Of a stretch of 64,000 nucleotides of DNA, positions 11,881 to 26,112 are shown piece after piece (the stretch's first letter is position 1; every line of letters begins with the position of its first letter). The DNA is from Elsinoe ampelina (taxonomy: Eukaryota), in contig ML992502.1 of assembly GCA_010093995.1 (NCBI GenBank), forward strand, positions 2,550,728 to 2,614,727. The letters are read 5' to 3'. The translations under genes were made by a program, and so were the position numbers. The notes under the pieces are model-generated. The model had not been told where the DNA came from, searched no databases, and saw only the letters and a list, made by a program, of their open reading frames with translations.

Positions 11881-12705
11881 TCAGAACGGAGCTTCCTTCT
11901 GCGAGAGAACGAGCTCGGAACAAGCCCAGCGATCGTTGTCCTCGATACGGCTGAAGTATCTCTGCTGGACCTCTCCACGAGGAACTGCACCAAGTGACTT
12001 GGACCGGCCGTGACCCGGAAGGACGCGCCTGTTGGTGACAGCTTCCTCGATCAATGCTGCGGTGAATTTGGCGGCTTTCTTGGCCAACTTCGCGTTGTGA
12101 ATCTCTTCGCGTCTAGATCTGTCAGCTGCAAGGCGCCTCTCAATGTCTTCGTTGAATGCTTGGAGAACTGACCGTGTGAGACCGGTCTCCGAGTCAATTG
12201 GATCCTCCTCGATTGGGGTGAGTGCTTCGGACCTGGTTGATGCTGTCTGAGAGCTGCTCTGAACAGATGAGGCGACCATTGGAACCGCGGGTCCAGCCAC
12301 GGCGTTGCTGGTCTGGAGTGTGGTGTCGGTGAAGTATTGCAGAACTGGGTGCTGTGCATACTGCAGGAGAGACTCCTCGTATATTTTCCTGTGGTATTCG
12401 TGATACTCTTCAACGAGCTTCGCAATCGATTGTTGCATCGTGTCCTCAAGTTTCCCCAATGCAGCCTCCTTCTTCCTCTGCTTGTCTTCGCGATTTGGCC
12501 GAAGGTAGCCGTTGTGATATGCCTCCCTCAGAGCCCTTCGTGAACCTTCCGGTCTACTGCCCAAGGGTATGTTTCGGAGCGCGCAGTAAGTAATCCTTGC
12601 TGCGCGTTTCTCCGCCTTCATCTTTGCTAGATCATACTTGATGGACTTGATCTTTGCCTCGAGATCCTTAATCTCGCATGCTAGGCTGTTCATTGCAGTG
12701 GTCAT
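11881..12705 (-). CDS. Hypothetical orphan protein, 274 aa, predicted coiled-coil
   Basis: ATG-initiated uninterrupted ORF. Charged heptad-like N-terminus (EIKDLEAKIKSIKYDLAKMKAEKR) and further helical segments. No family recognised. Confidence 0.55.
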   Translation of the reverse strand: MTTAMNSLACEIKDLEAKIKSIKYDLAKMKAEKRAARITYCALRNIPLGSRPEGSRRALREAYHNGYLRPNREDKQRKKEAALGKLEDTMQQSIAKLVEEYHEYHRKIYEESLLQYAQHPVLQYFTDTTLQTSNAVAGPAVPMVASSVQSSSQTASTRSEALTPIEEDPIDSETGLTRSVLQAFNEDIERRLAADRSRREEIHNAKLAKKAAKFTAALIEEAVTNRRVLPGHGRSKSLGAVPRGEVQQRYFSRIEDNDRWACSELVLSQKEAPF

Positions 12706-13553
12706 CTTGGAAGATTGGTCGCCGTTTTCGTGAGGATACGCGTGGAAGCTATAGCTTCGAAGCGTAGCAACTGCCTGAAGGGTGAGGTCTTGGTCGGAAG
12801 GTGATTGTAAGTCTGCAAAGACCAGAAAGCGTATCAGAGTCTGAGTCGCAAGATATTTCTGGTGTGAAACAAATTTGATCAGGTCGTCGGTGGTAACTAC
12901 GGGGTGACTGGTAGGGTTGAGGGAGTTTTGGTCTTGGAACTGGTCAGGCCATCAGGGGCTCATCTTATGATCAGGAAGAATTACCTTGACGACCACGACC
13001 CTTGTTGCGTGACAATGACATGGTTCGTGTCGGACAAAGAATGATGTACGATATTCTACGAGCTCAAAGGGGGGATCAAAGGATGTAATCTTTGTCTTGT
13101 CTATGAGGTTCAGAGAAGCTGACGAAAGTGAACAAAGAGCTTGGGGGTTGAGAAGAAGATAATGAGTGAATGCAAGCCTTTTGAAGTGCTGAAACAAGTC
13201 TGCGAAAGCCAGGTGATTGCGCGAGCTGAGGGAATGCTATCAGCCAGCATCAGCGAGCCAGCCTGTGCCGCACGCACTACCACATGAGATGGGCATCAAC
13301 ATGAGCAAGCAACGCTATTGCAACAGTATCAAGCAAGTGAATCGCGATTGCTCTGGCAATGGTTCCACACCAACTCAGCTGCAAGTGTTCCCCCGGGGTC
13401 CCTGATGTCTGCACTTCATCACAAATTTGTCGTGCTGCAGGCCATATCGACGGTCTCATTGAACCTCGAGTCCAATCTTCGCTTCATGTGCGCCCGCTCG
13501 TCCTTTGTTCGGACTATTCGACCAATCCAGCTGGCCCGCACGTCCTCCGTTAA

Positions 13554-14741
13554 TCAGATGTTGAAACCTCCGTGAGCAGCCGCGTCGACGAATCGCCACA
13601 GACCCGCCTCCGCGGCAGCGCTACGCACGCTCTCGGTCTCATGCAGTGTTACCGGTCTATTGATTTCAGCGTAGCGCGCATCCTTCGACTTGGCATCAGC
13701 CCCTTCATGCTCACACAAAGCGCCTGCAGTAGCTAGCCGGCCTCTTTTTGGCTTGCCAACATGGGCGCGTGGATAATACTGTTCCATCACATGTATCATG
13801 AGATCCTTTGAGATGTTCTCGGCCAGCCATCGGACGATCAATTTGCCTTCTTCCTCCTTCCCTGGCATCACAAGGTGACGAACACATACTCCGCTTTTGG
13901 CGATGCCGTCTGCGGTGAAACGCAGGTCTCCCACCTGATCGTGCATGGCTTTGATGCTTTCTTGCGCGGCTTCGCGATAGTCGTCGGCCTTGAGAAGACG
14001 CTTGGATGACTCGGGATGCCAAAGCTTGAAATCTGGCAAATACATATCAACCAGACCATCCATCAGCTCGATGGATTCAAGTGAGTCGTAGCTACTCGTA
14101 TTGTAGATGATTGGGATTCGCAATCCTAATTCCTTCGCGTGCAGGATGGCCAGCGCACACTGCGGCACGACGTGCTCGGGCGTCACCAGGTTAATGTTGT
14201 GTACACCTCCCAGGTCCTGTAGCTTGATGAACCACTCGGCTAGCTGCTCTGGCGTGACATCGAATCCTGATTTCTGGTGGGATATGTCATGGTTCTGGCA
14301 GAAGGTGCAGCGGAGACTGCAGCCGCTGAAGAAAACAGACCCGGATCCGTTGTGACCTTGGAAGAAAGGTTCCTCACCTGCATGTGGTCAATGCAGATAT
14401 TCTTACAAGAGTACAGATCCTCGCAATGATCACACTGCACGGGAGGCAAGCATACCGAAATGAGGCGCGATTGTGTTCACAGTAGCATCCGAACCTATTA
14501 GGCAGTAGCCTCTCGTCTCGAAGCGATTGACATTGCATTTTCGTGGACACAAGTTGCATTTACTCAAATGAGCATATGCTTGCGAGCGCTTCTGTGCTTC
14601 CTGATATGAGGACAGCAGCTGGTAGCGAGGTGTGTAGGTGTCCAGTAGGAACGGAGGAGCCAGGTGCAGTTGACGGTGCCAGGTTCGTCTCGAGTATCTA
14701 ATAGTATGTCTCAGTGCACATTTTGTATATGTCGAAAGCAT
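13554..14741 (-). CDS. Radical SAM Fe-S protein, PflX-type (PFL-activating-enzyme-like); exons 14741-14456 and 14377-13554
   Basis: CxxxCxxC motif (FFSGCSLRCTFCQNHDIS), N-terminal CNLCPRKC...GYC, PHFGEEP rebuilt across a GTATG...CAG intron (14455-14378), HNINLVTPEH, YNTSSYD, DMYLPDFK and VRHLVMPG. Confidence 0.9.
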
Positions 14742-15705
14742 CTTTGTGCCTAAGCAATCGTCAGCGTGTTGCCGCGGAGTCGAGCTTTTCGGTGCCCACC
14801 TCAAAACAGGAGCTTGGACACCTCCCTTCTGGGGCCCACAAGGGAAAAGCCGATAGGAGTGGCTATCTTGTACTTCTCAACTTCTAGAAAGCGAATGCCA
14901 CACAATGTCTATTGGCCATCTAACTAGCCCAGACTCCAATACGACTGCTGAGCTTTCGTGATGTGTTGAAAGGCAGTCTCTTAACGTTCAAGCCATCTTC
15001 CGATATCTTGATGTGACAAAGGGTCAATTCGACCATGCAAGGAAGTCTGATGCGAGGTAAATACAGGATGAGTTCCCATCATGCTGGTAGAAGAAGTGAC
15101 GCGGCCGCGGAAGTGGCGAATTTTGGCTTGGCAAAAAGAGGGCGGTCTGAGCAGCAGCGGAATCGCACGAAGCATGTTATCGAAAACACTCCACAGGCAT
15201 GTCAAACTTCTGGCGCGTATAATATTCTACCCTGATTGATCAAGAAGACTCTTACGGACTCAATATTGATGGAAAGCAAAGATCCCCGGAAGTATGGTTG
15301 AGTGTCTGGACTGTTGCAGACATTGAAGCACACACACGCTCCCCAAGGTAGAAAGGCAATATGCATTCCCCAAAAAGGTTCAGGTTCGTCAGTCACGCGC
15401 AAGTAGCATCCTTGATTTAGTCTGCCGGAGTGGACTCAGCTATACATCCCTACCAGTGTATTCAGAGCGTCCAATGTTCAGAACGGTGAAAAGTTTAGAG
15501 CATTCCATTTTGTCATTTACGCCGTCATATCAATGATGGAGAATTCCTTTTGCCCAAGCTTTCCGAGCCTCTATAATGCAGTGTCCGAGTACAATGATCA
15601 TCCACCGGCCTATCCTTCGAACAGAGTGCTCGCTGGCTTCGAGGTAGTCGGTGTTCGAGGCGTCTTGTGGTGATTCTCAGGTGCTTGTTGCCGTCCTCGT
15701 ATTGC

Positions 15706-15977
15706 TTACACTCCTCCACCTGCTTTCCATTAGATGTTTGGTCAGCACCGAATTGGTATTCGAAACTGACCGGACCTCGATGGGGTCACGTAGAAGCTTT
15801 CGCGTCTCTTCTTTTCTTCCTCCGCCGAATTACGGACGCGGGCTGCCACGTACGATGACACGACCGCTGCTACACTGAAGAATGCTGCATTACGTCTGCT
15901 GTATTTTGTCAATATCGAAGGAGGCAAAAGCAAGCTTGTGTCGTCGAGGCTCACGTGATGTAGTGGGACAAAGCCAT
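15706..15977 (-). CDS. 54-aa microprotein, three exons (15977-15955, 15898-15771, 15719-15706)
   Basis: TTCAACATGG start context. Introns GTGAGC...ATTGAC...CAG (56 nt) and GTCAGT...GCTGAC...CAG (51 nt) splice in frame to MALSHYITRRNAAFFSVAAVVSSYVAARVRNSAEEEKKRRESFYVTPSRSGGGV*. TATAA lies about 90 nt upstream. Confidence 0.8.
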
Positions 15978-16472
15978 GTTGAATGGTGTGGACGCTGCGA
16001 AACAATGGGATGCCTCTCCGAATGATTTCTGGCGCTCCTAGAGTCGTACGTAATGGTTGCGAAAGTTATATCGGGCGACTCGATGAGTTTCAATGCAGTC
16101 GAGCAGCCGTTGGTGATGATACCTCAAAGAAGAGATGACCGCCATGCCCCTCTTCCCCACTCTTTCCCCAGATTCGATCGCGGAAGCTCCCGCAGCTAGT
16201 GCACGGACCGCCTTACTCATGACGCAGCGAAGTGGAAGACGCCGATTCGCCGACAATCAGCTTTCCTCCGTCACCTAATCTTGCCTTCCTCGTACACATC
16301 CACGACAGGTCAAACAACATATTCACGACACGTCAAGATTCTGTCACACTACATTCAAGTCGCATCCACACATTTCTGCCCTCATACTTGTTGGTCATTC
16401 TCATTTGGTGGTTATCAAACCTTCACGAAGCAGCACAACGCCTGCCACTCGCTGCCTGCCTACTAATCACCA

Positions 16473-17265
16473 ATGGCTTCCTCCTCAACGCCAGCGACCC
16501 CTTTGCTCTACTCGTGCATCGCTTATAAGAGTACAATATTGAGCGAGCATACTGCCTCAGCGGCGAGCGCGACATCTGGCTTAGCGAGCGTGGTGCTACC
16601 AAAAATCGATCACTCCACAAGCGAAAAGAGAACCTATGTACATGGCCAGAACAACATTCACTACATTGCTGACGCCTCTCCTGCCTCCTCAGAAGATGGT
16701 GCACTATCTGCGCCAGGGTTGACCTACTTGGTGGTGGCACCTGCAAGCCTTGGCCGGAGAATACCTTTCGGATACTTGATCCAAAGCAAGAACGACTTTC
16801 TCAAAAAGTTTCCACCTACGACCACGAATTTCTCTTCCTTACCTGCTTACGGTGCTGCATCCTTCAATACAGAGATGAAGAAGTTGATGGTGGATTACGG
16901 CACATCGAAAGCGGGACAGGAAGATGCATTCCGGAACGTGCAGAGGGAGATGGATGATGTGCGTGGCATAATGACAGAGAACATAGAGAGAGTTCTGGAA
17001 AGAGGCGAGCGAATTGATCTACTTGTGGACAAGACAGACAGGCTCGGAGGCACTGCGCGAGACTTCCGCATGCGCTCGTCACAATTAAGAAGGAGGATGT
17101 GGTGGAAGAATGTTAAGCTCATGGTGATGATTATCGTTGTCTGCATCTTCCTTCTGTATTTGTTTATCGGCTTCGGTTGTGGACTACCAGGTGAGAACGC
17201 TATCGATCGTTTCTTGAGCTCTTGACTGACATATTGCAGCTTGGTCCAGGTGTATCAGCCACTAG
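16473..17265 (+). CDS. Longin-domain R-SNARE (VAMP7/Nyv1-like synaptobrevin); exons 16473-17190 and 17240-17265
   Basis: Longin domain (LGRRIPFGYL), SNARE motif VRGIMTENIERVLERGERIDLLVDKTDRL, MWWKN and a C-terminal TM. Intron GTGAG...ACTGAC...CAG gives the end GCGLPAWSRCISH*. Confidence 0.93.
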
Positions 17266-17856
17266 GTAGTTGCTCGAATGCCGCATACTTTCTCTTGCGT
17301 CCTCAGCTCGATTTTATTCCTCGGGGAACGTAAAATGGTCATTTGAAGGACACACGCCACGACCAATACTTTTGACTTGAGTGCACATGGATCCATCCTG
17401 CGTGTATGCCATCGATGCTCAGAGATCCCGATGCCCCTCTCTTTGCAATTACCAGGTTCGACAATTACACAAGATGCCCTCCTGGGCTATGATAGACCTC
17501 TCGTCTATGGTAGCTCGCTCGTCTATGGTACCTGGGAACTATCACACAAGGTCGGCAGTCAGATGGATGGCAAACGCATCTGCTGATATGTGCTCGCGGA
17601 TCTGTGCCATGCAAGCATGTCGCAATCTGGTACCCCAACGACTACACTCGCCCGCAATCTGCCTAGCCTGGGTATTCGCACTTCATCCACCGCACCAGGG
17701 TGTAGAGCATCCGCCGCTCAGATGTGCGCCTCGACTGAGCTAGCAGTCCTGCAAGCTCACAACCCATTTCATCGCCTTGTGTCTCGCTTGCCCCGCCATC
17801 TCGGGAGACGCCCTTGACTTCTCGGAGCTCATTCGCATGCTACGAAGCCTCGCATA

Positions 17857-18840
17857 TCAAACAGCGCTGGTGACACGAAATGAGCAATGCATTACGACAA
17901 TAGACCACGACAAGCAGTACGATGAGGAACAGCGCAACGCGGAAGATGAGAACTTCACCAACGAGCAGGCCAGTGACCGTCCGTTCGCAGTTCGAACTGC
18001 TAAATCAGGTGAATCCACGAACTCAAGATCTGTATGACGACCAGTGAAAGTCATCCAAGCCTCAAGAAAGGCATACACACCATCAGTCGTACCAACTCTG
18101 TAGGACTTCCAGCGAGACAGTCAACAAGTCTTCGAGTTCCATGCGTAACCGACGACTTCGAGATCTCGACTGGTAGCACGTCTATAGTCACTGTACGACG
18201 ATTCCTGCCTATTGATCTCCAGAGCTATGCTGACTTGCAGGGTTCGCCACCGGATTTTCAGATATCACGGCCGTCTGATAGGACTTTTGGTACGGCATAG
18301 ACCAAGAATAGCATTCCTGATGGGACTGCTCGGCCATAGTTCTCAGTGAACGGTACAGGCAGAACCAATTTCCCATGATTTTGAATGATGAGCCATGCCA
18401 GACACGATGCCTCCTAGTCCCAGAATATCAGCTGCGACCACGAATCGACAATCTTTGGTAATCTAAAGAGACTTGTTGTCTTGTCTTAAGGTGAATGGTT
18501 GGCTGGCGTTCTCGAGACGTGAAGTGCGCAGGACACGGCTTGCACATGATGGTGTCTGCTTGAGGCCGAAGATATCCATGCATTCCTTCCAAAGGAATAA
18601 GCATGTCGAGCGTATTGCCACTGTGTAGCCCTCCGTCCGGCTCACCTGTGACTAAGTTTTGCAGCAGATCGTCGCGTACCAAAGATTCGTCCGCCCAACG
18701 TAACGTTCGGGCTCGTGTCGTCCGAGTACGAGACGTCCAAGATGATGTCATCTTCTCGTTCGTCGTGAGCATAAAACACGAGAAGATAATGTAGAGGGCT
18801 AATGTGTTGGAGGAGTTCTGCTGACATGTCACTCAAGACG
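17857..18840 (-). pseudogene. Possible decayed gene, perhaps with an F-box-like N-terminus
   Basis: SVLSDMSAELLQHI followed, after a one-base frameshift, by ALYII resembles an F-box start. A protein-like frame over 18420-17857 is broken by three TGA codons. Confidence 0.25.
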
Positions 18841-19386
18841 GAGCGTCGTGGAAAGGAATGGACGTTGAAGAGCGGTGACCGAGGTAAAGCCTCAAGTGCC
18901 CATACCAGCCCTCCACATCAGCCCTATTGTCATCCTCTGCACAGCCCCTCCTATAGCCATTTTCATCGAAGCCCATCAGCATTGCTTCTCTAGCGGCTGA
19001 TCTTGTACGGTTCCTGGCCTACCAGCGCACGGGACGTACTCATCTTGTGCATACCCTGCCAGAACCCTCGTTGGCGCAAGCTGAGTATTCCACTTTCGAA
19101 ACCAATCATCACCGCATGCGACGAAGAGCCGCGTACGATGATTCTCGTTCATCTCATGTCAGCTATGTTTTCCGCGGAAATCCTTGTCCTCGGTCCCAGC
19201 TATAAAAACATTCCTTATGACTTCATTTACGGCTCCTGCTCACGTCAAAGTTTGAGACTTCTCGTATCGACCGTTGGTCGGCATGACCTCACTGTAGATT
19301 CAAGATCTGGACAAGCACACAACGGGCCGTGGACCCTTGATTGTTGATATATAATGCTCCGGTTACCAGTAGCAGTGCGATTGTAG

Positions 19387-21167
<1,781 letters not shown>

Positions 21168-21237
21168 GTGTGGAGTGTGGAGTAGAGGAGCAAGTCGATC
21201 ATGTGATGAATTGATGACATTACGATGTTCTTTTCTC

Positions 21238-22605
21238 TCATGATGCTGTTTGATCTTGATCAAGTCGAATCTGCTTTGTAACGATCGGATCCTTACACGT
21301 CCCCACCCCATCAAAGAACACATCATCAAACACCGTCAACAACACCTCCTGCCCCGTCCACGCCTCCTCGACCGTCGGCCTGATCAACTCCGGCGGCAGC
21401 ACGAACCCATACCTGCCCGTATCCGGCAACTCAATCGTCCAACTAAACTCGGCCCCTCCAATCGCATAGACATGATCCCTCGAGTTCCCCACGCTCTTAT
21501 ACAACACCGCCCCTCCCGGCCCGTACGTAAACGTCGTCAACCGATCAGGCTTACTATCCCTGATCGTCTCGGACATCAAACTCGCCGTCTTGGTCCACTT
21601 GGGCAGTCCAGGCAGCAGCGCCGTCTCGTTATACCCAAACGGGAAGAGGAAGTACTGCCCGTACGAGTGCCAGTCGATGTACAACCTCAACCCCGTCGTG
21701 TCGCGCAATTTTCTCACCAGCGTATCCAGCCCTTTGTTCTCGGGTGAATCCGACGGCGCGGACCCGGCGTACGTCTGGCTGCATGGGTCGGGCGACGAGC
21801 CCCCTGTGCCTGGTGCCCAGGCGAATTCCCAGTTGCGGTTGATGTCGGTGCCGATGCAGGTCGAGTTTTTCTCCGGGCGAGGGGGTTGGCGGTTTTTGCG
21901 CCAGAGACGGTTGGTGGTTTGGGCGTAGACGAAGCCGTCTGGGTTCACGATGGGGATGACGTAGACGTCGTAGGTGTCGAGTATGGTGCGGACGGAGGGG
22001 TTGGCGGATTTGTAGCCGTTGATGAGTTGGAGGGTGAGGTATTCCACGACCATGTTTGAAATCCATTCGCGGGCGTGGACGGTGCCGTGCCAGAGGACGG
22101 CGGGCTTGCCGGGACCGCTGTCGCCCCAGAGGTGGAGGCCGAAGAGGTCACGGCCTTCGTAGGAGGTTCCGGATGAGATCCATTCGGATTGGTTGGGGAA
22201 GGAAGATTGCAAATCTCTCCAGTACTGAATGTGGTCGTCGTAAGGGTGGTAGGTGTCGTACCATGCGAGGTCGTCTACTTGTCGTTTCCACAAAGAGCTT
22301 GAAGGAGTGCTTTCAATCTTGATTGACTGTCCAAGGTTTTCGTGCATGACCGTGCAGTCAAGTCCGAGACCCTCAAAGGCAGGCAAATGCTGAGGCGCGA
22401 CGGCCAGGTCGATGTGACTGTGGACATTCTTGTTCCATGCCTCCCATGATGGCAAGATGCTAGAAAGCTTCTCTCTCACGTGAGACAAAGACTTGCCAGT
22501 CTTTACTCGGAAGACTTTGTGACCATCGAACGACTCGGGAGAGCTGGGAGGAATAATGGCTGCTGAAGCCAGCGAGGCCAGGAAAGAGATCGTGAAGAAC
22601 CGCAT
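21238..22605 (-). CDS. Secreted zinc carboxypeptidase (M14A) with propeptide
   Basis: Signal peptide MRFFTISFLASLASA, KR processing site, HAREW, NPDGF, RLWRKNR, DINRNW, DWHSY and TIELPD. Confidence 0.93.
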   Translation of the reverse strand: MRFFTISFLASLASAAIIPPSSPESFDGHKVFRVKTGKSLSHVREKLSSILPSWEAWNKNVHSHIDLAVAPQHLPAFEGLGLDCTVMHENLGQSIKIESTPSSSLWKRQVDDLAWYDTYHPYDDHIQYWRDLQSSFPNQSEWISSGTSYEGRDLFGLHLWGDSGPGKPAVLWHGTVHAREWISNMVVEYLTLQLINGYKSANPSVRTILDTYDVYVIPIVNPDGFVYAQTTNRLWRKNRQPPRPEKNSTCIGTDINRNWEFAWAPGTGGSSPDPCSQTYAGSAPSDSPENKGLDTLVRKLRDTTGLRLYIDWHSYGQYFLFPFGYNETALLPGLPKWTKTASLMSETIRDSKPDRLTTFTYGPGGAVLYKSVGNSRDHVYAIGGAEFSWTIELPDTGRYGFVLPPELIRPTVEEAWTGQEVLLTVFDDVFFDGVGTCKDPIVTKQIRLDQDQTAS

Positions 22606-23192
22606 TGTTCGATCGCGTTGGCACTGAATCGAGAACACAGACCTTGTACTCTACTTATACATAGCATCATTCTGGTAGTATTTCACATTGTACTATTAGA
22701 ACATCTGATCTACCCGTGGCAAGATGGAAAAGGCAGGTCCTCCCATCAACAGACCCAAGAGATGGCCTTTGGTCAGCGAAGAACTCGATTCATTAGCAGA
22801 TCTGCCATAGAGAGCCGCTCACCTTCCTTGAACATTCTTGGTCTTAATATCGGAGAGCTTGGCAACACCGAGGGTGCCAGTGGGAGTGCAGAGTCGCAAT
22901 CACTAGGGCGATGGTGAAAGCATCTAAAGAAGGAAGGAGAAGAGCTTGACAAGGGTTAGGGTCGTCCAGGTCACGTGGTCTCCTCGCGATCGCCCAAGTC
23001 GAATACTACAGTATGACATTTGGGGTCTCACTACTTTGCGTTAAGCCATGCGAACATAGAGTTCTCATATCGGAGATCCATACATATGCGACGTGAGAGC
23101 TCAGCGTCAGCATGTCATCGACTCCCACCGTCTATTCGTAGAAGGAGAACGACATTCAAGGCAAACCTACCACCCAATCAATCCTCGTAACT

Positions 23193-26112
23193 TCATTGTG
23201 GAGCCCAGTCCTCATTCCAGTCCATACTCCCAAGGTGATCCATACCCTCGAGATCCTGTCCATGATCACCTTGACCCATCGTATTGCCATTACCGTTCAA
23301 GACATTTCCAGCACTTCCGAGCCAACCATCAGGATCATTCCGACTAAGATCCCAGTTCCCGAAGCCCCATGCCAAAGCACTTTGGTCGCGTACCATCCAT
23401 TCTCCCGGACCGCCGCCGACATCTCTTAGTAGCTGCTCAACTCCGCCAAACATGTCACCGGCACTCGGCGCGTGGCCGCTGGAACCAGTAGGCACGCCAC
23501 TACCCGTATCTTGTTGTTGTTGCTGCTGGTGATATTGTTGCCGGTCCTGAGTATGCTGGAATGGATGTTGACCCCTATGAGGTTGACCAGAGTCTATACT
23601 ATTGGACTTTGTCAGGGCAGCCGGTATCGCTGGGGACGAATGAGTGGAAGCAGGGTGTAAGCTGGGAAACAGATCTTGAGCTGATTGTGGTGGTGCCATC
23701 GGCTGAATGAACTGCTGGCGCTGCGGTGGCTGCTGAAATTGATGTTGTGGCTGCAGATTCAATGGTCGAGGCAGGGTTGCAGACTGCCCGTGCTGGTTCC
23801 AATATGTATCTGCTGTGTTGCCGATTGGCAATTGGTTCTGCATTCTTGCCGATGGCTGTTGCGGCAGGACAGACATTGGCTGGGCTGTAGTCTGGGTCAA
23901 AGCAGGCTTGCGGTCATTTCTGAGCGCAGGCGAATTCTTGTTTGGCTTCTCAGAGTACGGACCAAACTTGGTGTTGCACCGTATTAGGACAGTGGATGCT
24001 TCCTCTGGTAGATCGATCTTCCATTGCTTGCTGAGAGTATCAAGGATAGCGAGCGTCCTCTGCGCACACGGCCAGCACTCGGCTATTTCTTCCAGATGCC
24101 TAATTCCATGCACGATATCACGTCGAGCGTCTTTGTCGGGCAAGTTCAAAAGATGTATGGTGCAAGCCGTATGTATGAAGTAGACACAAATATTGCAGAT
24201 CTGACGGAGCCCGTACGACCTCTTATACAGCCGGAAGAGCCGTGATATCGTGGATGCAGCTGTCGTGCAGAGTTTCCGTGGTGAGACCGAGGGAGGAAGA
24301 GGAGACGTCGCAGCTGTGTATTGTAGGAACGGGCGAAAGAGATGAATGAAGAGGAGCTGGTAGAACATACTGCGCGCATGTCAGTAAATCTGGTCGCTAT
24401 ACTCATATAGTAAAGTAGATGCTTACTGCATGATGAACACGCTAGGCAAAGCCCCTTCACGTGGCTCCATCTCTTTGGGCAGACTCCTGCGCCAACTCTC
24501 GAGTCGGATTTGGATGTCGCTCAATTTCTTCAGCTCGGCTTGCTTTCCCTTCTGCTTGTGCAGATCGTTTGCTTCACCAGGATTGTAGAAGTATCGCATC
24601 AAGTCTCCACTGATCTCGCATAATCCGGAGATCTGCAGTGCAACAGCTCTCGTCCGTGCTGATTGGGTATGAGCCGTAGAGGCGCCAATGTCGCTGTACG
24701 GCATCCACTGCGCACTGTCCTCATCGGGAAACACATCGTACTTGGGACAAGTAGCCAGCGACGCAGGAAGTTGTGGCAGTCTCCCGAGGTAGTTTGACCA
24801 GCATTTGTCAAAAAGGAAGCAACCCCAGAAAGTGATCCGCCTGGCATCTCCTTCACCTTCGTCAAGTGCCCTATCCCTGCCCTCAGCCAGTGCTCCAGAA
24901 TCGAGATGAAGCCCCATGTCGAGAGCCATTCGAAAGCTCATTCCACTGTATACCCAGCCTTTTGCTTCGCGGCCACAGCCTGCTTCGCGTACTGACATTA
25001 GTGCCAATGCTTGGACCGTCGTGATTTTCGGCTTTTCGTATTCGTCGTTCTCTATGATGAGCCGTTTGGCTTCTCGAAAGAAGTGATCACCCGCAGTGTT
25101 GAGATCTGAAGGGTCTTCACGTGCCGATGCTCTGCTGGTGAAGTGGCATCCTAGCGCAAGCATTGCATTGACCAGCAGAGGACTGCAATAGTGGGTCTTC
25201 CTGCCGGTGTCCGAAGGCTGCCTTCCCAGCAGGAAATCGCGATAGAACAGCGATCTCGACAGACAGGTGAAGTAGGAGTAGTGCCATGTAAAGTACATAT
25301 TCAAGAGATGTGTGATGAGTTCCGGATCCGAGGTCACTTCTGTCCAAGACGTAATAGGATTGTCCTGTTGTTGAAGATACTGGTCAGGGACAATGTCGCC
25401 GACGTCTGCGCCCGCGCTGTTGAGGAACAGCAAGTGCGATGTTCCACCAATGTATCTGACTGACCCATCGTCGAGTCGCAGCTCACCCATCTTGGTACCG
25501 AGCTTTGATTCGAAGTTGGGGGCATCATCGGGGGATATGGGACTAGGTGCTTCCACGATGTCCTCGTCTTCCTCCTCTTTGGCGATGCCATATTCCCTGG
25601 CCACGATGGTCTCGGCCACCTCATCCAGGCTCTCGCAGGTGCGGATCTGCCTTACTAGGTCCGGCACCTCATCCTCGGGATAATTGAGTATGGCTTGCAC
25701 AATCGTTTGCAAAGTGGATTCCTTCGTCTTCAATCCCTCAATGTCTCGCTTGTAAACTCCTTTGCGTCGGTGGTCCGAATTCGGGTCGTATATGCAGGGT
25801 GTGTTGTAGACTTGCAGACAAGCTGCGCATGCTGGCGTATTGCCATCACATTTGCTCTTTCGCTTCCTGTAGCTCGCGTCAGCCTAGGTACAGAGTCTTG
25901 CCAAGGTAACCAGCCCTTCCGCTTGGTGGATATGCTTACAACCCTGGAGCATACCTTGGGGCTACGATTATGACCTACCTACACGCGATACAAGCCGTGG
26001 TCACCACACGCCTCTTCGGCTCATCATCAGGATCTTCGGCTTCGCCCGGCTTTCTTCGTCGTCTCCTTCTCTTCGCTGGTTGTGCATGCGTCTGCACTGG
26101 GGAAGTCTCCAT
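23193..26112 (-). CDS. nirA: Zn2Cys6 nitrate-assimilation transcription factor, NirA/NIT-4-like; exons 26112-25979, 25866-24427, 24369-23193
   Basis: Spliced Zn cluster ACIACRKRKSKCDGNTPACAACLQVYNTPCIYDPNSDHRRKGVYK. Fungal TF middle region (YFTWHYSYF, SVREAGCGREAKGWVYSGMSFRMA, YKRSYGLRQICNI) and a Q-rich tail. Both introns are canonical. Confidence 0.85.

Noticed and set aside
22955..22961. TTAGGG as a telomeric repeat or Tbf1 site
   Set aside because: Single hexamer, expected by chance.
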